Shown here piece by piece: positions 31,136 to 46,773 of a stretch of DNA of 64,000 nt. The DNA lies in NCBI RefSeq assembly GCF_009914755.1, contig NC_060934.1; one strand, 5' to 3'. This DNA comes from the human T2T-CHM13v2.0 reference genome, Homo sapiens. Position 1 is the stretch's first letter. The number at the start of each line of letters is the position of its first letter. The notes under the pieces were generated by a model. That model searched no databases. It had not been told where the DNA came from and saw only the letters and a program-made list of their open reading frames with translations. A program made the position numbers and the translations under genes.

Positions 31136-31829
31136 CAGATTGTTGGTAATCTTGGCACACAGTTTGGTGACATAGTGCAAACAAAAGTCCAGTTGAGATA
31201 GATTCATGAGAAAATAAAGACAAGTAGGGGACAGTGAATTGACCTAACTATTCACAGGACTTTTGTTTCTAAAAAGAAATGTTCATGATTTTTATTTATT
31301 AATACAACATGATAAACAGAGTATTTTCTATTTGTATCTCTTCAAAAAATTCTAAATTGCATTGTCCCTCTGGTTTTAGGTCACAGTAGGTCCTAAATAC
31401 AAAAGCAGTTCCCCATTCCTTATATAGACACCCAAAGTAGAAAAAAAAAGGGAACTTAAAATAATCTAGAGACTTGGCACTCTCTTTCCAACCCGTGGGC
31501 ATCCAAGTGAAACTAGTCTACAACTTGTCTCCCAGAGCTGGAGGCCAGACAGACAGATGGAAGTGGGGATGTTGGGTTCATATGTGCTGACCTCTGTTGT
31601 CCTGTGTCAAGTGTTCTTGCACTTGAGTCCTGGGGAACATTTTTGGGTGTTGTTCAGTTCTCTCACTTTTTTCTAACTGAAGCTTGACTTAGCAGAGTGT
31701 CCCCACCTTGTCCCACCCACTTATTTCCAAATTGCTTTGATTTTATGCAAAACATAAATTTTTCACTAACTTTATGGTTTGCATAAAATCACAGCAATTT
31801 GGAAATAAGCACATTTAAAAATTGTATCT

Positions 31830-32157
31830 TTTATTTTTTGTTTTGTTATTTTTGTTTTTATTTTTTAATTTTAGAGACAGGGTCACACTTTGTCACTCAG
31901 GCTAGAGGGCAGTAGTGCTGTCATAGCTCACTGTAGCCATGAGCTCTTGCGCTCAAAGGATTCTCCCACCTCAGCCTCCTGAGTAGCTGAGACCACAGGT
32001 GCGCACCACTATGCCCAGCTAATTTTTTTGGCAGAGGGGATAGAGATGGGGTCTTGCTATATTGCCCAGGCTGGTTTTGAACTCCTGGCCTCAAGTGATC
32101 CTCCCACCTCTGCCTCCCAAAGTGCTGAATTTCAGGTGTAACCCACCGCACCTGGCC
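31830..32157 (-). mobile_element. AluJ
   Basis: Full-length antisense. Confidence 0.9.
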
Positions 32158-32195
32158 TAAATCATATTTTTTAAAATGTGGTAGCCCATCTCATT

Positions 32196-32197
<2 letters not shown>

Positions 32198-32237
<40 letters not shown>
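32198..32237. repeat. (GT)20 microsatellite
   Basis: Pure dinucleotide run. Confidence 0.97.
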
Positions 32238-32238
<1 letters not shown>

Positions 32239-33193
32239 TTTACTGCAAAATTCTAAGACTTTTCAAAGCACTCTCTTAGTATTTTTTTAAATTACTGAAA
32301 TAAATCATTTCATTTAATGATTAGTTTTTTATTTAAAATGTTATTTACAGGTAACTTTTGCCATGACAATATTGCTTACAAAAGGACCCTGTTGTCTTGG
32401 CTGTCCCTTCTGTGTGACCCTACCTATGTATATACACATGTCCATATGAATTTTGTTTGTGACTCACTGCATATTAGTCTGAATTGATCATATGACCACA
32501 GTCATTGTCCTTTTGATTCAGTAACTACTTGCTAGCCTATTAAGATTTTCACCGATCTCAGGGGTACAGTGCAAAGTTGGTTAAGTTGGCCCAAGAGGTT
32601 TCTTCACCTTAGTTCTCTGTTGAGTGAATTATTTGATATAATCCGTAACTTTAGAGATGCTTCTGTTTCCTGTTTTACGCTACACAGAAGCCTCGGCTTC
32701 CCCTTTCTCCTCCCTCAAACGTTGCAAGAACCTTTAACCATATGCTGTGTTATTCTGTGAACCACTTCCTCTTGATAAAACGCTTTCATTGCATTTTGAA
32801 AAAATACAACACTGAAGGAATCAGGTAAAATTCAATATTCTAAGTTATTTTCAATCACACTGTACACAGGTGACTTCACAGTTTCCACCAGCATTTGCGA
32901 GCATCCGAATTCTGTAGTGCGTATTTCATCCTAAGGGCAATCCCATTCATAAGCTTTTTAAAATTTTTTTCTCCTCTTTTGTATCTGTAGTTGTAATATG
33001 TCTACTGATTTATTTCCTAGAAAAAAATGTTGCCAGATGGTTTCTAATTAAAAAATAATAAAAATATCAAAGCAAATTGATACTTGGAGAGCCTCAGATT
33101 TTTGAAACTTATTTCTCATCAATTCCAGTTCTATTTTAGTTTTGGCAATCTAGTAATAAACTCAAAACACTGTAGGGTAAAAAAACAACAGTC

Positions 33194-33485
33194 CCTGTAA
33201 CTCCAGCACTTTGGGAGGCTGAGGCGGGCTGATCACCTGAGGTCAGGTGTTTGAGACCAGCCTGGCCAACATGGTGAAACTCTTTCTCAAGTGAAAAAAA
33301 AAAAAAAAATTAGCTGGTCATGGTGGCCGGTGCCTGTAATCCCAGCTACTTGGGAGGCTGAGGCAGGAGAAACTCTTGAACTGGGAGGTGGAGGTTGCAG
33401 TGAGCCGAGATCACACCATTGCACTCCAGCCTGGGCAACAAGAGCAAAACTCCATCTGATAAAAAAAAAAAAAAAAAAAAAAAAA
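33194..33485 (+). mobile_element. AluS
   Basis: Near full-length; TSD-like aaca(a)cagtc / aaagcagtc. Confidence 0.9.
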
Positions 33486-34077
33486 GCAGTCAATACTAGG
33501 ATACAAACATTTTTCTTTAACTGTCTTTAACATAGAAAGATGTACAGTATGCAGATAAATTCATTGAAGAGAAGAAATACAGCTGAGGAAAACCCACACA
33601 GAAAAATCTTCCAGAAATTTGTTTAAGCCTCCAATCATGTCTGGGATCAATAAATATTTGATGACTGACTTACTTTGTGTAAACTCGATCGATTTACTTA
33701 TCTCTGGATGCCTCAGTTTTCTCATCTAAGATGAATATAAAAGTGTTTTCATTTCACCTAGGGTGTGAGGATGGATTTAATCAGTCAATGCACGTAACGC
33801 ACCAGGACAATCCCTGGCATGGAATGAGAACACCTAATAGTTATTCGCTGTTATTTTTATTATTATCAGGCAGGTAGAGAGCAAGGGGAGATTTCTCTCT
33901 CTCTCAACCCCAGCCATGCACAGAAGCAATTGAGTGAGGAGTTTTCTTCTTGGTAGACAGACAGGTAGCAACTTCTCTGGTTAATACTGAAGGCTAATTC
34001 TAACCTTCCTGAACTTCATTGACTGTGTCTCATTTTAATAATTGCAAAGTCATTTTTATACCTCCTCTGTTGTTTCA

Positions 34078-34280
34078 TTTTTTTATCATTATTTATTTTG
34101 AGTCAGGGTCTTGCTCTTTTGCTCAGGCTGGAGTGCAATAGTGCAATCATGAGTCACTTCAGCCTTGAACTCCTGGGCTCAAAGAATCTTCCTGCCTCGG
34201 CCTCCTGAATAGCAGGGACTACAGGCGCATGCCAATATGACTGGCTAATTTTTTTATTTTTTGTAGAGACAGGGTCTTGC
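34078..34280 (-). mobile_element. AluJ, truncated
   Basis: Right arm antisense. Confidence 0.85.
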
Positions 34281-34506
34281 TCACAAATATTCTGTTTTGT
34301 CTTTTCTTTTCATTCTCAGTGCTCTGAAATTTTCATTCTGTTATTGGTATTAGTATCTTAGTCCAAGTAAAGACTAAGCATAACTAAAAGTACAGCTGAA
34401 ACGGTGAAATTTGCAACCATTCAAATTAGCTTAGACAACCCGTGAGTTTGTAATATCTTAATACGGTGCTATAAGAAATATAAGAAAGCAGGGTTTTGAC
34501 AGATAA

Positions 34507-34995
<489 letters not shown>

Positions 34996-36316
34996 TAGTG
35001 TATCCTTTTATTTGTTTTCTGTTTTATTAAAAAATTCCTATATAAACAATTGTATTATTACATATTTCACTTAATATATAAAATAGTACACTTTTATGAC
35101 TAAATCTTTTAGTTTTAAGTGCATCAAATAATCCCTTAATTTAATACCATTCTGCTCAAAATTCAGTTTCTAGCATGAAATTGTAACACATTATTGTTAT
35201 AACAAAGGGGTACACATGAAATTAGTTATATGATGTGAATTAAGAAATAATTAAGATAGAAAACATAAAGTGTTTTTATTTACTAAATGATGATTAACCT
35301 ATTACTTGAAATGTTAACTGACTTTAGATTGAATTAGAAAAGAAGAAAAGTCATTGATACTGTCACTCAAGTTGCCTCAAGTTGCATGGTAGTTATCAGA
35401 ATTTTTCTCAAGGCAACTAAAATTTTTGGTTTGAAAACTGATTCAGGCCTAAATAGATGTGAGCCCCAGTGAAAGTTTTGTTTACCAACAAAACACATCT
35501 GTGTGAGTATCAGTATTTACTCACCTGGAAATAGCATTGGAAAAATAAACAGTGTTATAGTGAATGAGGTTCCACAAACCTGTACCTATAGCAGCAGCTT
35601 AGAAACAGACTGTTTAACGGCTCTGATAGTTCTCGGAACCATGTTATTTGGCAGTCTCTAAGGACTGCCTGGCCCTGGAATGTGACATTTCTGAGTGTGT
35701 CACACCAGGAGCCATGTAGAACATGTAGCCAGTCAAGTGAGAGAGAACTTTCTATGAGGCTTGAGATCTGGACTCTAGCCCAGTTCTTCTCATTAGTCTG
35801 GGAAGCTACTTAATCTCTCTGGGTTTCCAACGACGCATTTCTGAACACAAACATCAACAAGATCTGATTCTTACTTAATAACAACTCCCAGTTTTCTAAG
35901 AGATTCTATAACGATAACAAAAAGAGTGTGATTCAGTGTGGCAAATGCTGATTGCAAATTCATGCTAAGTATTTTTGGCTATTTTGTTTAGATGTCACAA
36001 CAAGCCTAAGAATTAGGCATTATTGTTTTCCTTATTTTATAGACAAGGAAACTGAAGTCCAAGGAGATTAAATACCATGTCAAGTTGGTTGTTAAGGCCA
36101 GGATTTACTGACATGTTTACCAAGTGCAGTAGACAGCAAATCTCTGCTGGGAATGAAGATACCATTAAAGTGTTAGCATGACAGCTGGATTTTGAATGAT
36201 CAGTAGGATTTTATGAAGGAGATATGCACAGAGGAGGATATTATTTAAAGGGAATAGCATATACAAAGACAAAAAGAGTTCTAAAAAGCCTGTTCAGAAA
36301 ACATCAAGGGTCCTGA

Positions 36317-36486
36317 GGCCAGGCCTGGTGGCTCAAGCCTGTAATCCCAGCATTTTGGGAGGTGGAGGTGCGAGGATCACTTGAGCCCAGGAGTTTGAGA
36401 CCTGCCTGGGCAACATAGCAAGACCCTGTCTCTGCTAAAAATAAAATAAAATAATGTAAAAAAATATAAATAAATTAAAAAATAAA
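36317..36486 (+). mobile_element. Alu monomer (FLAM)
   Basis: Left arm plus A-rich tail. Confidence 0.85.
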
Positions 36487-38607
36487 AGGCCCCGAATGGG
36501 ACAAATTAGGAAGGACTTTGAAAGACACGCTGAGTGCCTGAACGCTCTCCACTTCATCATAAGCAGCCAGGGAAGATTTTTAAACAGGAGAGTGACACAT
36601 TCACATTTGTATTTGCAATTTGCAGCAACGGTGGTGGTGAATATTGATGGGGAGTCTGGAAGGCTGGAGGCTGGGTGAGCTGGTGAGGTGTCAACTGTGG
36701 CTTGATAGAGAGAATGAAGGCAAGGAGAAGCCTTCTACAGGAAAAGCCAACAGATTCCTCGACCGACTAGATGGAAAAATGGGAGGAGTAAGGGACTATG
36801 CCAAGGGTTCTAAGTCAGACTGATATGTGACTAATGGCCTTTTACCAAGTTAAGGCGCATGGGAAGAGAATGCATGAAGGGGAGTAGTGAGTCGGAGCTA
36901 CTTAGAGGGAAATGCCTGGGGGATGTTGAGCTGGCTGTGTTTAGGCAAGCTACTCTGACCGATGCAATAAAGGCCGCCCTCATCCAGGTCCAAAATTCCA
37001 GATTCCATGGCTGGAATTGCTGATCTTCACGGCATCCCAAACTGCATGCAAACTGAGTTAAATGTGTGAGATTAACTCTGCCGTCGATATAAACATATGT
37101 CCTGTAAACCATATGCATCACAGTACTTAGGATAAATGTTTAAAAGACATAGTTTTGAAATGTATCCAGGTGGAAAAGAGAAACGATTTAAGGATTGAAA
37201 AACTGAAGCCTAGAAATATTAAGCATTAGGGAAAATTTCCTTGTCGTTCAAGGAATCTAAGGGAAAGTTTTAGCCTGGACAAGCGGCTTCAACCACCTCA
37301 CCCCTCATCTATCCAATAATAACAATAATAATCACAAAATCTAGCTGATTTTGTAGTATTTCCATTTCTTTTTCATCAACAACTTGTGGTTCTTCCCAAG
37401 ACATAAAATGAACTCAGAAGTGACATACTCACAAAAAGATTCTAACTCCACCCAGTCACGATGTGAGCATGGCTTGTTTGCAATGCATTGCTTCACTGTG
37501 ATAACTCCACCCCAGCTCTTTCTGGCTGCTAACCCAAATAAGACTTTTAGCTGTCAGGGCTGGGTGTTTTTTTTTTTTTCCTCTCTCTCTCTCTCTCTCT
37601 TTTAATCTTTATTTTGACCTTTGGAAAATACCACACGTACATATAGGCACAGCCCTATTTTCTTACGCTTGTGTGTGTGTACACTGTATACATGTGTATA
37701 ACTCTTGTCTGTCCATTTCAATAATAAGGTTTTCTTGCAGGGAGGTCAATTATGTAATATGACTGAATTTACAGATTAATAATTTTTGTTAACAAACTGC
37801 CCTGAAGTCAAATGTCTTTTTATCTTCACCGTGGGTGCAACTGTGATCCATTCACAAGCAAGTTTACTTATGACTGTACGTTTCAGCACAATTTTGATGT
37901 TGGCTCCACTTAATAACTCAGTAACAGACTCTGGGGGAAAGGAATGAAAGGGCAGGGGAAAGGGCAGGGGGAAAGATTTTCACCAGATGAATGCAGGGAG
38001 AGGTCACGAGAACGCGCTGTTGTTTTGAGTTATTTCCATCTTAGGTGGATGATTCACTGTGGCACGTCATTAACCTGTTATATAGCAGTGGTGTGCACAG
38101 CCTGAGAAACGAAGGCCTTTGGGTTCAGTGGGTTTTTCTGACTCATCGATGTCACATTTCCAGACTTTATTTTAGTGCTTTTCCAAATTTAAGGGTTCAG
38201 GAGAATGAATCAATGGCAAGATTCTTGTTACTCAAATTATATTTGATTCCTATAAGCTTATTGTAATGCTAGTTGGCAGTTTTGAGGTCAGCAAACAAAT
38301 CTATATTTATTCTTATAAAATGGATTACTCTCATAAAAAAATCTGAAATGTGTTAACACCAATAATTACTCTTAATAATAATTCATCTGAAGGATTCCTT
38401 TATTTTCTCACACTATTGTACTCAGATAGAAAGCAATTCACATGAGCAGTTCTGGAATTTTATTGTTTTTTCCATTAATTTCCCCTTATTAAAATAATAA
38501 CTTAAAAACCCATGACAAGATTTTTAATACCATATTAGTTGTTTTGGGAGACAATTTGTGAAACCATGGAGATAATATCTACTTAAATACTTTCTGCCAT
38601 TTTGTAG

Positions 38608-38929
<322 letters not shown>

Positions 38930-40068
38930 TGATTCAGATACTTTGTAAGCAACTGTGTGGGGATAAAACCCCATGGAAATGACTCCTCATGCTGACTTCC
39001 CTCATGAACCAGGGGCAGGGCCCACCTGCAGCCATCTTCCTCTCTTCTAGGTGCCATAAACACTTTTTTAATCCCAACAATACACACAAAATAGGACAAG
39101 GATCTTCCATCATCCGTCACTGATGCTGTGTTTGATTCCTCTCTGACTTTCCCTGCACACATAGACCTAGACCTTCGGTGTTTTTCTCACCTGTTGCTTC
39201 TATACCTGGGTGCTCACCTGCCTGCTTTGTGTGGTCTGACCCTTAGCATTCACTGAGTGGCTTCCTTGGATTCAAACACACACCTCCTTGTCCCATGTGT
39301 ATGTACACCTGATTCTTTGGGATGCGTCTGCCACTAAGAAATGTGCTAGTTCAATGGAATCTAGACCTCTCTTAACTAAAGACCCCTTCTTGTACCCTCT
39401 CAATGCCTCCTGGCCAACACAGTTTTACAACTTCCCATGCTCCTGCAAGACACCTCCTACACTGGACGCCAGATAGGGCAGTAGAGAAAATTAATACATC
39501 ACATAGCAATTCAAGCATCTGTCCTCCAAAATAAAACATGCAAAACTTAAACCTTGAAATGATGGTGGAATATGCTCAGTGACCTCTAGCTCAGGGTAGT
39601 TTTTGTGTTTCTCAAGAGGGAGTGACTAGAAGGACGGCAAAAGAAAAGTCACTGCAGGGAGCAGAACATTCAGATGGAAAATGTTCTCAGTCCTGTTTGG
39701 CGAGGGTGATAAGGTTATGTAGGAGAAGAAAATAATTTTTTTCTTCTTAAAATAGGGAGAAGGGGAAATATACGATGGAAAAATTAAGCAAGAAGATTTC
39801 ATTATGTCAGATTTCCTAAATGATAAACGCAAGATAATTGTTGAAGATAATTTGGGAAGATTAAGTGCTAGCTTTGCAGGGTGGATATTTGGAGGATATG
39901 CACTGATTCACGCAAAATGATTTTACAGCCTCATCTGTTCTGATTGCTCAGCGTCAATGCTACCCTGGGTGCTAAATGTTGCTAATATCAACTCTGGCTT
40001 ATAGAACAGCTCTTGCAAAAGAGTTAGTGCCAGATAAGTATTATTGTTATCACCATCATCATCATTTA

Positions 40069-40420
<352 letters not shown>

Positions 40421-40689
40421 TCAATGGAATCATTTTTAAGAAAGCAAAGTTAGTGTGACAAAGCTTATTTCATAGACATATTTAATAAAGAGACTAAGAT
40501 ACCCTGATTAGCTATAGCTATTAAAAATAAAAATATGTGACTGCTAAAATATTAAAGTCACTTAAAGGGTGAACTATAAGTTTTCAAGGTAATTTATTCA
40601 AGGAAAGATAGATTTGCCTCCACTTGGCCTATTTCAGCCCAGTAATTTATTTTAAATACACACATGAAGAGATAATAGTATTATGTTTA

Positions 40690-41029
<340 letters not shown>

Positions 41030-41365
41030 TTAGCACTGCATTCTGAAATATTTATGGAAAAATAATATTTGCTTTAAAATATCTATTGTAGGAAGATATA
41101 AATGGAAAAAGATCAGTCCAGTTGAAAATTATTAAAGCTGGACAATGTGTACATGAAAATCATTATTCTCTCTGCTTTTTTATATATTTTTAATTTCCAT
41201 ATAAAAAGAATGAGATACAAATGCATGCATGTACAAATTCAAGTAAATATTGTGATTTGGCTTAAATAATACATACTGATTCCCTACACCCACCAGACTT
41301 CTCAGTATGAGCTATAATTGGCATTAATATTACAGTGTTTTAGAGCATTTTGAAATGTCCTTAGA

Positions 41366-41770
<405 letters not shown>

Positions 41771-42041
41771 TTAAGTGGCCAAAGGACTAGTAATGTCTCC
41801 TAACTTCCCAACTTAGCCTTGCCAAAAATGTCAGGAAACAGAGCAGCCAGTTGCAACTCACAGTGCGTCCCACCCTATTTTGTCGCAAACTTTTCCTCTT
41901 CTTGGGCAATTGCTTCATTTGGTTTAGGCAAAGAAAGGTTAAAATGTAAAAAAAGTTTTCTTTCTATCTCTTTTCACTTGGCAGGGCTGCCATTTAAGTT
42001 CTAAGGGTTTGTCCACCAGTACTTCTAAATAAATGTACTAA

Positions 42042-42450
<409 letters not shown>

Positions 42451-42696
42451 TAGCCTGGAAAAATTCAACTGTGGCTCTGAGGCATTTCCCAACGTTTGGC
42501 ACAATCTTGGATCAAGCAGATTGGATAGAAGCCAGGCATGAAATTTCAGGCTAACATAAGCCTTCCTCTCAATATAGTCCTCTCCCAACTTAGCTGCTCA
42601 TGGATGGGGCTCTTGGGGGAAAGAGAGGGATGCAAAGAGTATCCTAGGATCAGGCTTTTATGAGACTGCTAATATCTCAGTTTCTTCCTTTTTCAG

Positions 42697-42768
42697 ATGG
42701 GTGAGTCAAGTGAAGACATAGACCAAATGTTCAGCACTTTGCTGGGAGAGATGGATCTTCTGACTCAG
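42697..42768 (+). CDS. APBB1IP: APBB1IP/RIAM first coding exon (aa 1-24, MGESSEDIDQMFSTLLGEMDLLTQ; most of talin-binding site 1)
   Basis: Pyrimidine tract tttcttcctttttcag|ATG, donor CAG|gtaaac, 72 nt, phase 0. The translation matches the RIAM N-terminus as I recall it. Confidence 0.97.
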
Positions 42769-42866
42769 GTAAACTTCCCTTTTTAACTGGCAAATTGGAA
42801 AACAAAAATAGAGTTGCAGAATTTCATTATAATATGACAAGGGAGCTGTCTTTTTTAAAACCCTGA

Positions 42867-43946
42867 TATCGGGGGAACCAGCCCCCGATATTTCAATGTA
42901 GGTTCTTTTCTATTTTCCCTAAGTGACGGCGGGTCTGAGAAATAAAGGGAAGAGTACAAAAGAGAGAAATTTTAAAGCTGGGTGTCCAGGGGAGGCATCA
43001 CATGTCGGCAGGTTCCATGATACCCCCAAGCCATAAAACCAGCAAGTTTTTATTAGCAATTTTCAAAGATGAGGGAGTGTATGAATAGGGTGTGGGTCAC
43101 AGAGATCACATGCTTCAAGGGCAACAAAATATCACAAGGCAAATGGGCAGGGCAAGGTCACAAGGTCAGGGAGAAACTAGAATTATTAATGAAGTTCCAT
43201 GCCCCGCTGTGCACGCATTGTCATTGGTAAACATCTTAACAGGGTTCAAGAGCAGAGAACCAGTCTGACTAGAATTCGCCAGGCTGGAATTTCCTAATCC
43301 TAGCAACCCTGGGGGCGCTGCAGGAGGCCAGGGCATGTTTCATCCCTTATCTTCAACTGCATAAGACAGACACCCCCAGAGCGGCCATTTTAGAGGCCCC
43401 CCCGGGAATGCATTCTTTTCCCAGGGCTATTAATTATTAATATTCCTTACTGGGGAAAGAATTCAGTGATATTTCTCTTACCCGTTTTCGGTAATAAGAG
43501 AAATATGGCTCTGTCCTGCCCGGCTCCCAGGCAGTCAGACCTAATGGTTATCTCCCTTGTTCCCTGAACATCACTGTAATCCTGTTCTTTTTTCAAGGTG
43601 CCCAGATTTCATATTGTTTAAACACACATGATTTACGAACAATTTGTGCAGTTAACGCAATCATCACAGGGTCCTAAGGCGACATACATCTTTAGCTTAT
43701 GAAGATGACAGGATTAAAAGATTAAAGACAGGCAGGGAAATCACAAGAGTATTGATTGGGGAAATGATAAATGTCCATGAAATCTTCACAATTTATGTTC
43801 AGAGATTGCAGTAAAGACAGGCGTAAGAAATTATAAAAGTATTAATTTGGGGAACTAATAAACGTCCATGAAATCTTCGCAATTTAAGTTCTTCTGCCAT
43901 GGCTTCAGCCGGTCCCTCCATTCGGGGTCCCTGACTTCCCGCAACA
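42867..43946 (-). mobile_element. MER11 solo LTR (HERV-K11/HML-8 family), full length, 1080 bp
   Basis: Minus strand begins TGTTGCGGGAAGTCAGGGACCCC and ends GGTTCCCCCGATA. 6-bp TSD CCCTGA at 42861-42866 and 43947-43952. Minus-strand AATAAA at 43049-43054. Confidence 0.92.
43155..43168 (+). promoter_or_regulatory. Perfect DR2 nuclear-receptor element AGGTCA-ca-AGGTCA within MER11
   Basis: Motif read directly from the sequence; function untested. Confidence 0.45.
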
Positions 43947-44207
43947 CCCTGAAGATTGGCAACATTATATAGTTCTGATATAATTGTGACAATGATGGGT
44001 TAAAGAAAAAGCTTGTTCCTGACTATATTCTTTTGAGTTCAGTTAATTTAATACATTGATTAGACATACATCAAGCTCATAGTATCCAAATATTTACCAA
44101 TAGAGAAATTTACCCCCAAGTTTACTATCCTACAACCACCAGCGCTGAGCCATTTCCCTGTGGTTACTTCTATAAAGACTCACTAATAAAGTATTATCTT
44201 TGTTTGA

Positions 44208-44483
<276 letters not shown>

Positions 44484-44915
44484 TAAGTGGGAGTTATGGT
44501 GACCTTGTGATTAAACTGTAAGAACTCAGTACCCTCAAAGGAATGTGAAAACCACTCAACCATAGACTGAGAAAAAAGCCCCTGGCATCAAGATCAGATT
44601 GACTCAGAGGTCACTGAGCCCCACTGTCAGCGCCACTACAGCCTGGCAGCTGTAGGGCCAGGGGCCCTAAGTGGCAGGGGCCACTAAGCCAGGTTACAGT
44701 CAGGTGGGCTTTAGAATGTCTTAGAGTGTGCTCATAAATGAGCCTTTGACTAATAAGTTAATCAGCTCATCACTTTTCTGCATAAAATATCAAAAGAAGA
44801 ATAAGCCAATATTCCTAAATAAGATAAGGATCTTCAAAAGCTTTCTAAAAAAAATAAATGAATAGACTGTGTTTTGAAAGACTTATTTATTTTAGGAAAA
44901 AATAAACCAATTCTA

Positions 44916-45229
<314 letters not shown>

Positions 45230-45334
45230 TTAGCATCTACTTTATATTCCCAATAAGAGTCAGAAAAGTTTAGATTCTATGAAAGAAGGGATAAGATACA
45301 AGACAGTTGGCTTAGAGGAAGGGGTGCTGGTTAA

Positions 45335-45664
<330 letters not shown>

Positions 45665-45865
45665 ATGGCAACCACATTTCTTAAGATGAGGACTGTGTTT
45701 TCTCCTCCTATGGTGGAGGAGAGTTTAAGTGAACGTGTGTGGTCTCTCTGTACCTGTTCCCTCCTTCCTGCAGCCAGTGGGGGAAGTGTTCTGATGGGTC
45801 AGAGTCTGGGATTTTTGCAGGACCACATTTAAGTATTGTTACTGTAAGGCAAGAACAGGAAAGAA

Positions 45866-46010
45866 GCTGGGCATGATGGCTCACACCTGTAATCCCAGCA
45901 CTTTAGGAGGCCAAGACAGGAGGCTCACATGAGCCCAGGAGTTCAAGACCAGCCTGGGCAGCATAGTAAGACCCCCGTCTCATTTTTGTTAAAAAAAAAA
46001 AAAAAAGAAT
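45866..46010 (+). mobile_element. Alu monomer (FLAM)
   Basis: Left arm plus poly(A). Confidence 0.85.
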
Positions 46011-46268
46011 AGGAAAGAGGCCCCTTTTAGTCTCTTGGACCTGCCTTCACACAAAGCCCTTTTGGTTTTTGCTATTTCTTTGTTGTGGCCAAGTGGATGT
46101 ACTCATAGGTTTGCTTGGCTAAACAGCCCTGCCAACAGGTAGGTTCTCAAGATTGTAGGCTAAGGAAAAATTTTACTACGACAGACTGCATCCTCAAACA
46201 GCTTTTCTTCTCCAAGTAACTGGAGATTTCTTTATTTGATGTAATGACTTAAGTCATTACAGAATTTT

Positions 46269-46385
46269 ATATATATATATTTATATAAATATATATTTTA
46301 TATAATATATATTTAATATATATAAAATATATTTTATATATATTTAATATATATATAAATATAATATATATATTATATATATATA
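46269..46385. repeat. Interrupted (TA)n / AT-only tract
   Basis: About 117 bp with only A and T. Confidence 0.95.
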
Positions 46386-46685
46386 GTGTGTGTGTTCACC
46401 ATTACAAGAAATTATGTGTTCTTTATAAAAATTAACTACCTCATTATCATTGCTCTCAATTGACGTGGTCTGTTTCAAGATCTTCCTTCTAGAATAATTT
46501 TTAAGCTGTAATTTTCTATAGGGGAAAAATTACATAAAACATTTTCAAGTTACCATATGGTTTTCAGAGAACACACTAAGGGAGAAAATGTGTAAATGAT
46601 ACATGGTTTTTGACTTGCTGAGTAAAGTGTGCTACAGAAATGTTTGTATCATGAATAACTTTGATGGGGGGATCTTTTTTCACAG

Positions 46686-46773
46686 AGTTTAGGAGTTGAC
46701 ACTCTCCCTCCTCCTGACCCTAATCCACCCAGAGCTGAATTTAACTACAGTGTGGGGTTTAAAGATTTAAATG
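46686..46773 (+). CDS. APBB1IP: APBB1IP coding exon (aa 25-53, SLGVDTLPPPDPNPPRAEFNYSVGFKDLN, includes Y45)
   Basis: Acceptor ttttttcacag|AGT, donor AATG|gtaagc, 88 nt, in frame with the previous exon. Confidence 0.96.

Noticed and set aside
43770-43895. Internal duplication of about 92 bp in the LTR
   Set aside because: As I recall, this is part of the MER11 consensus rather than locus-specific.
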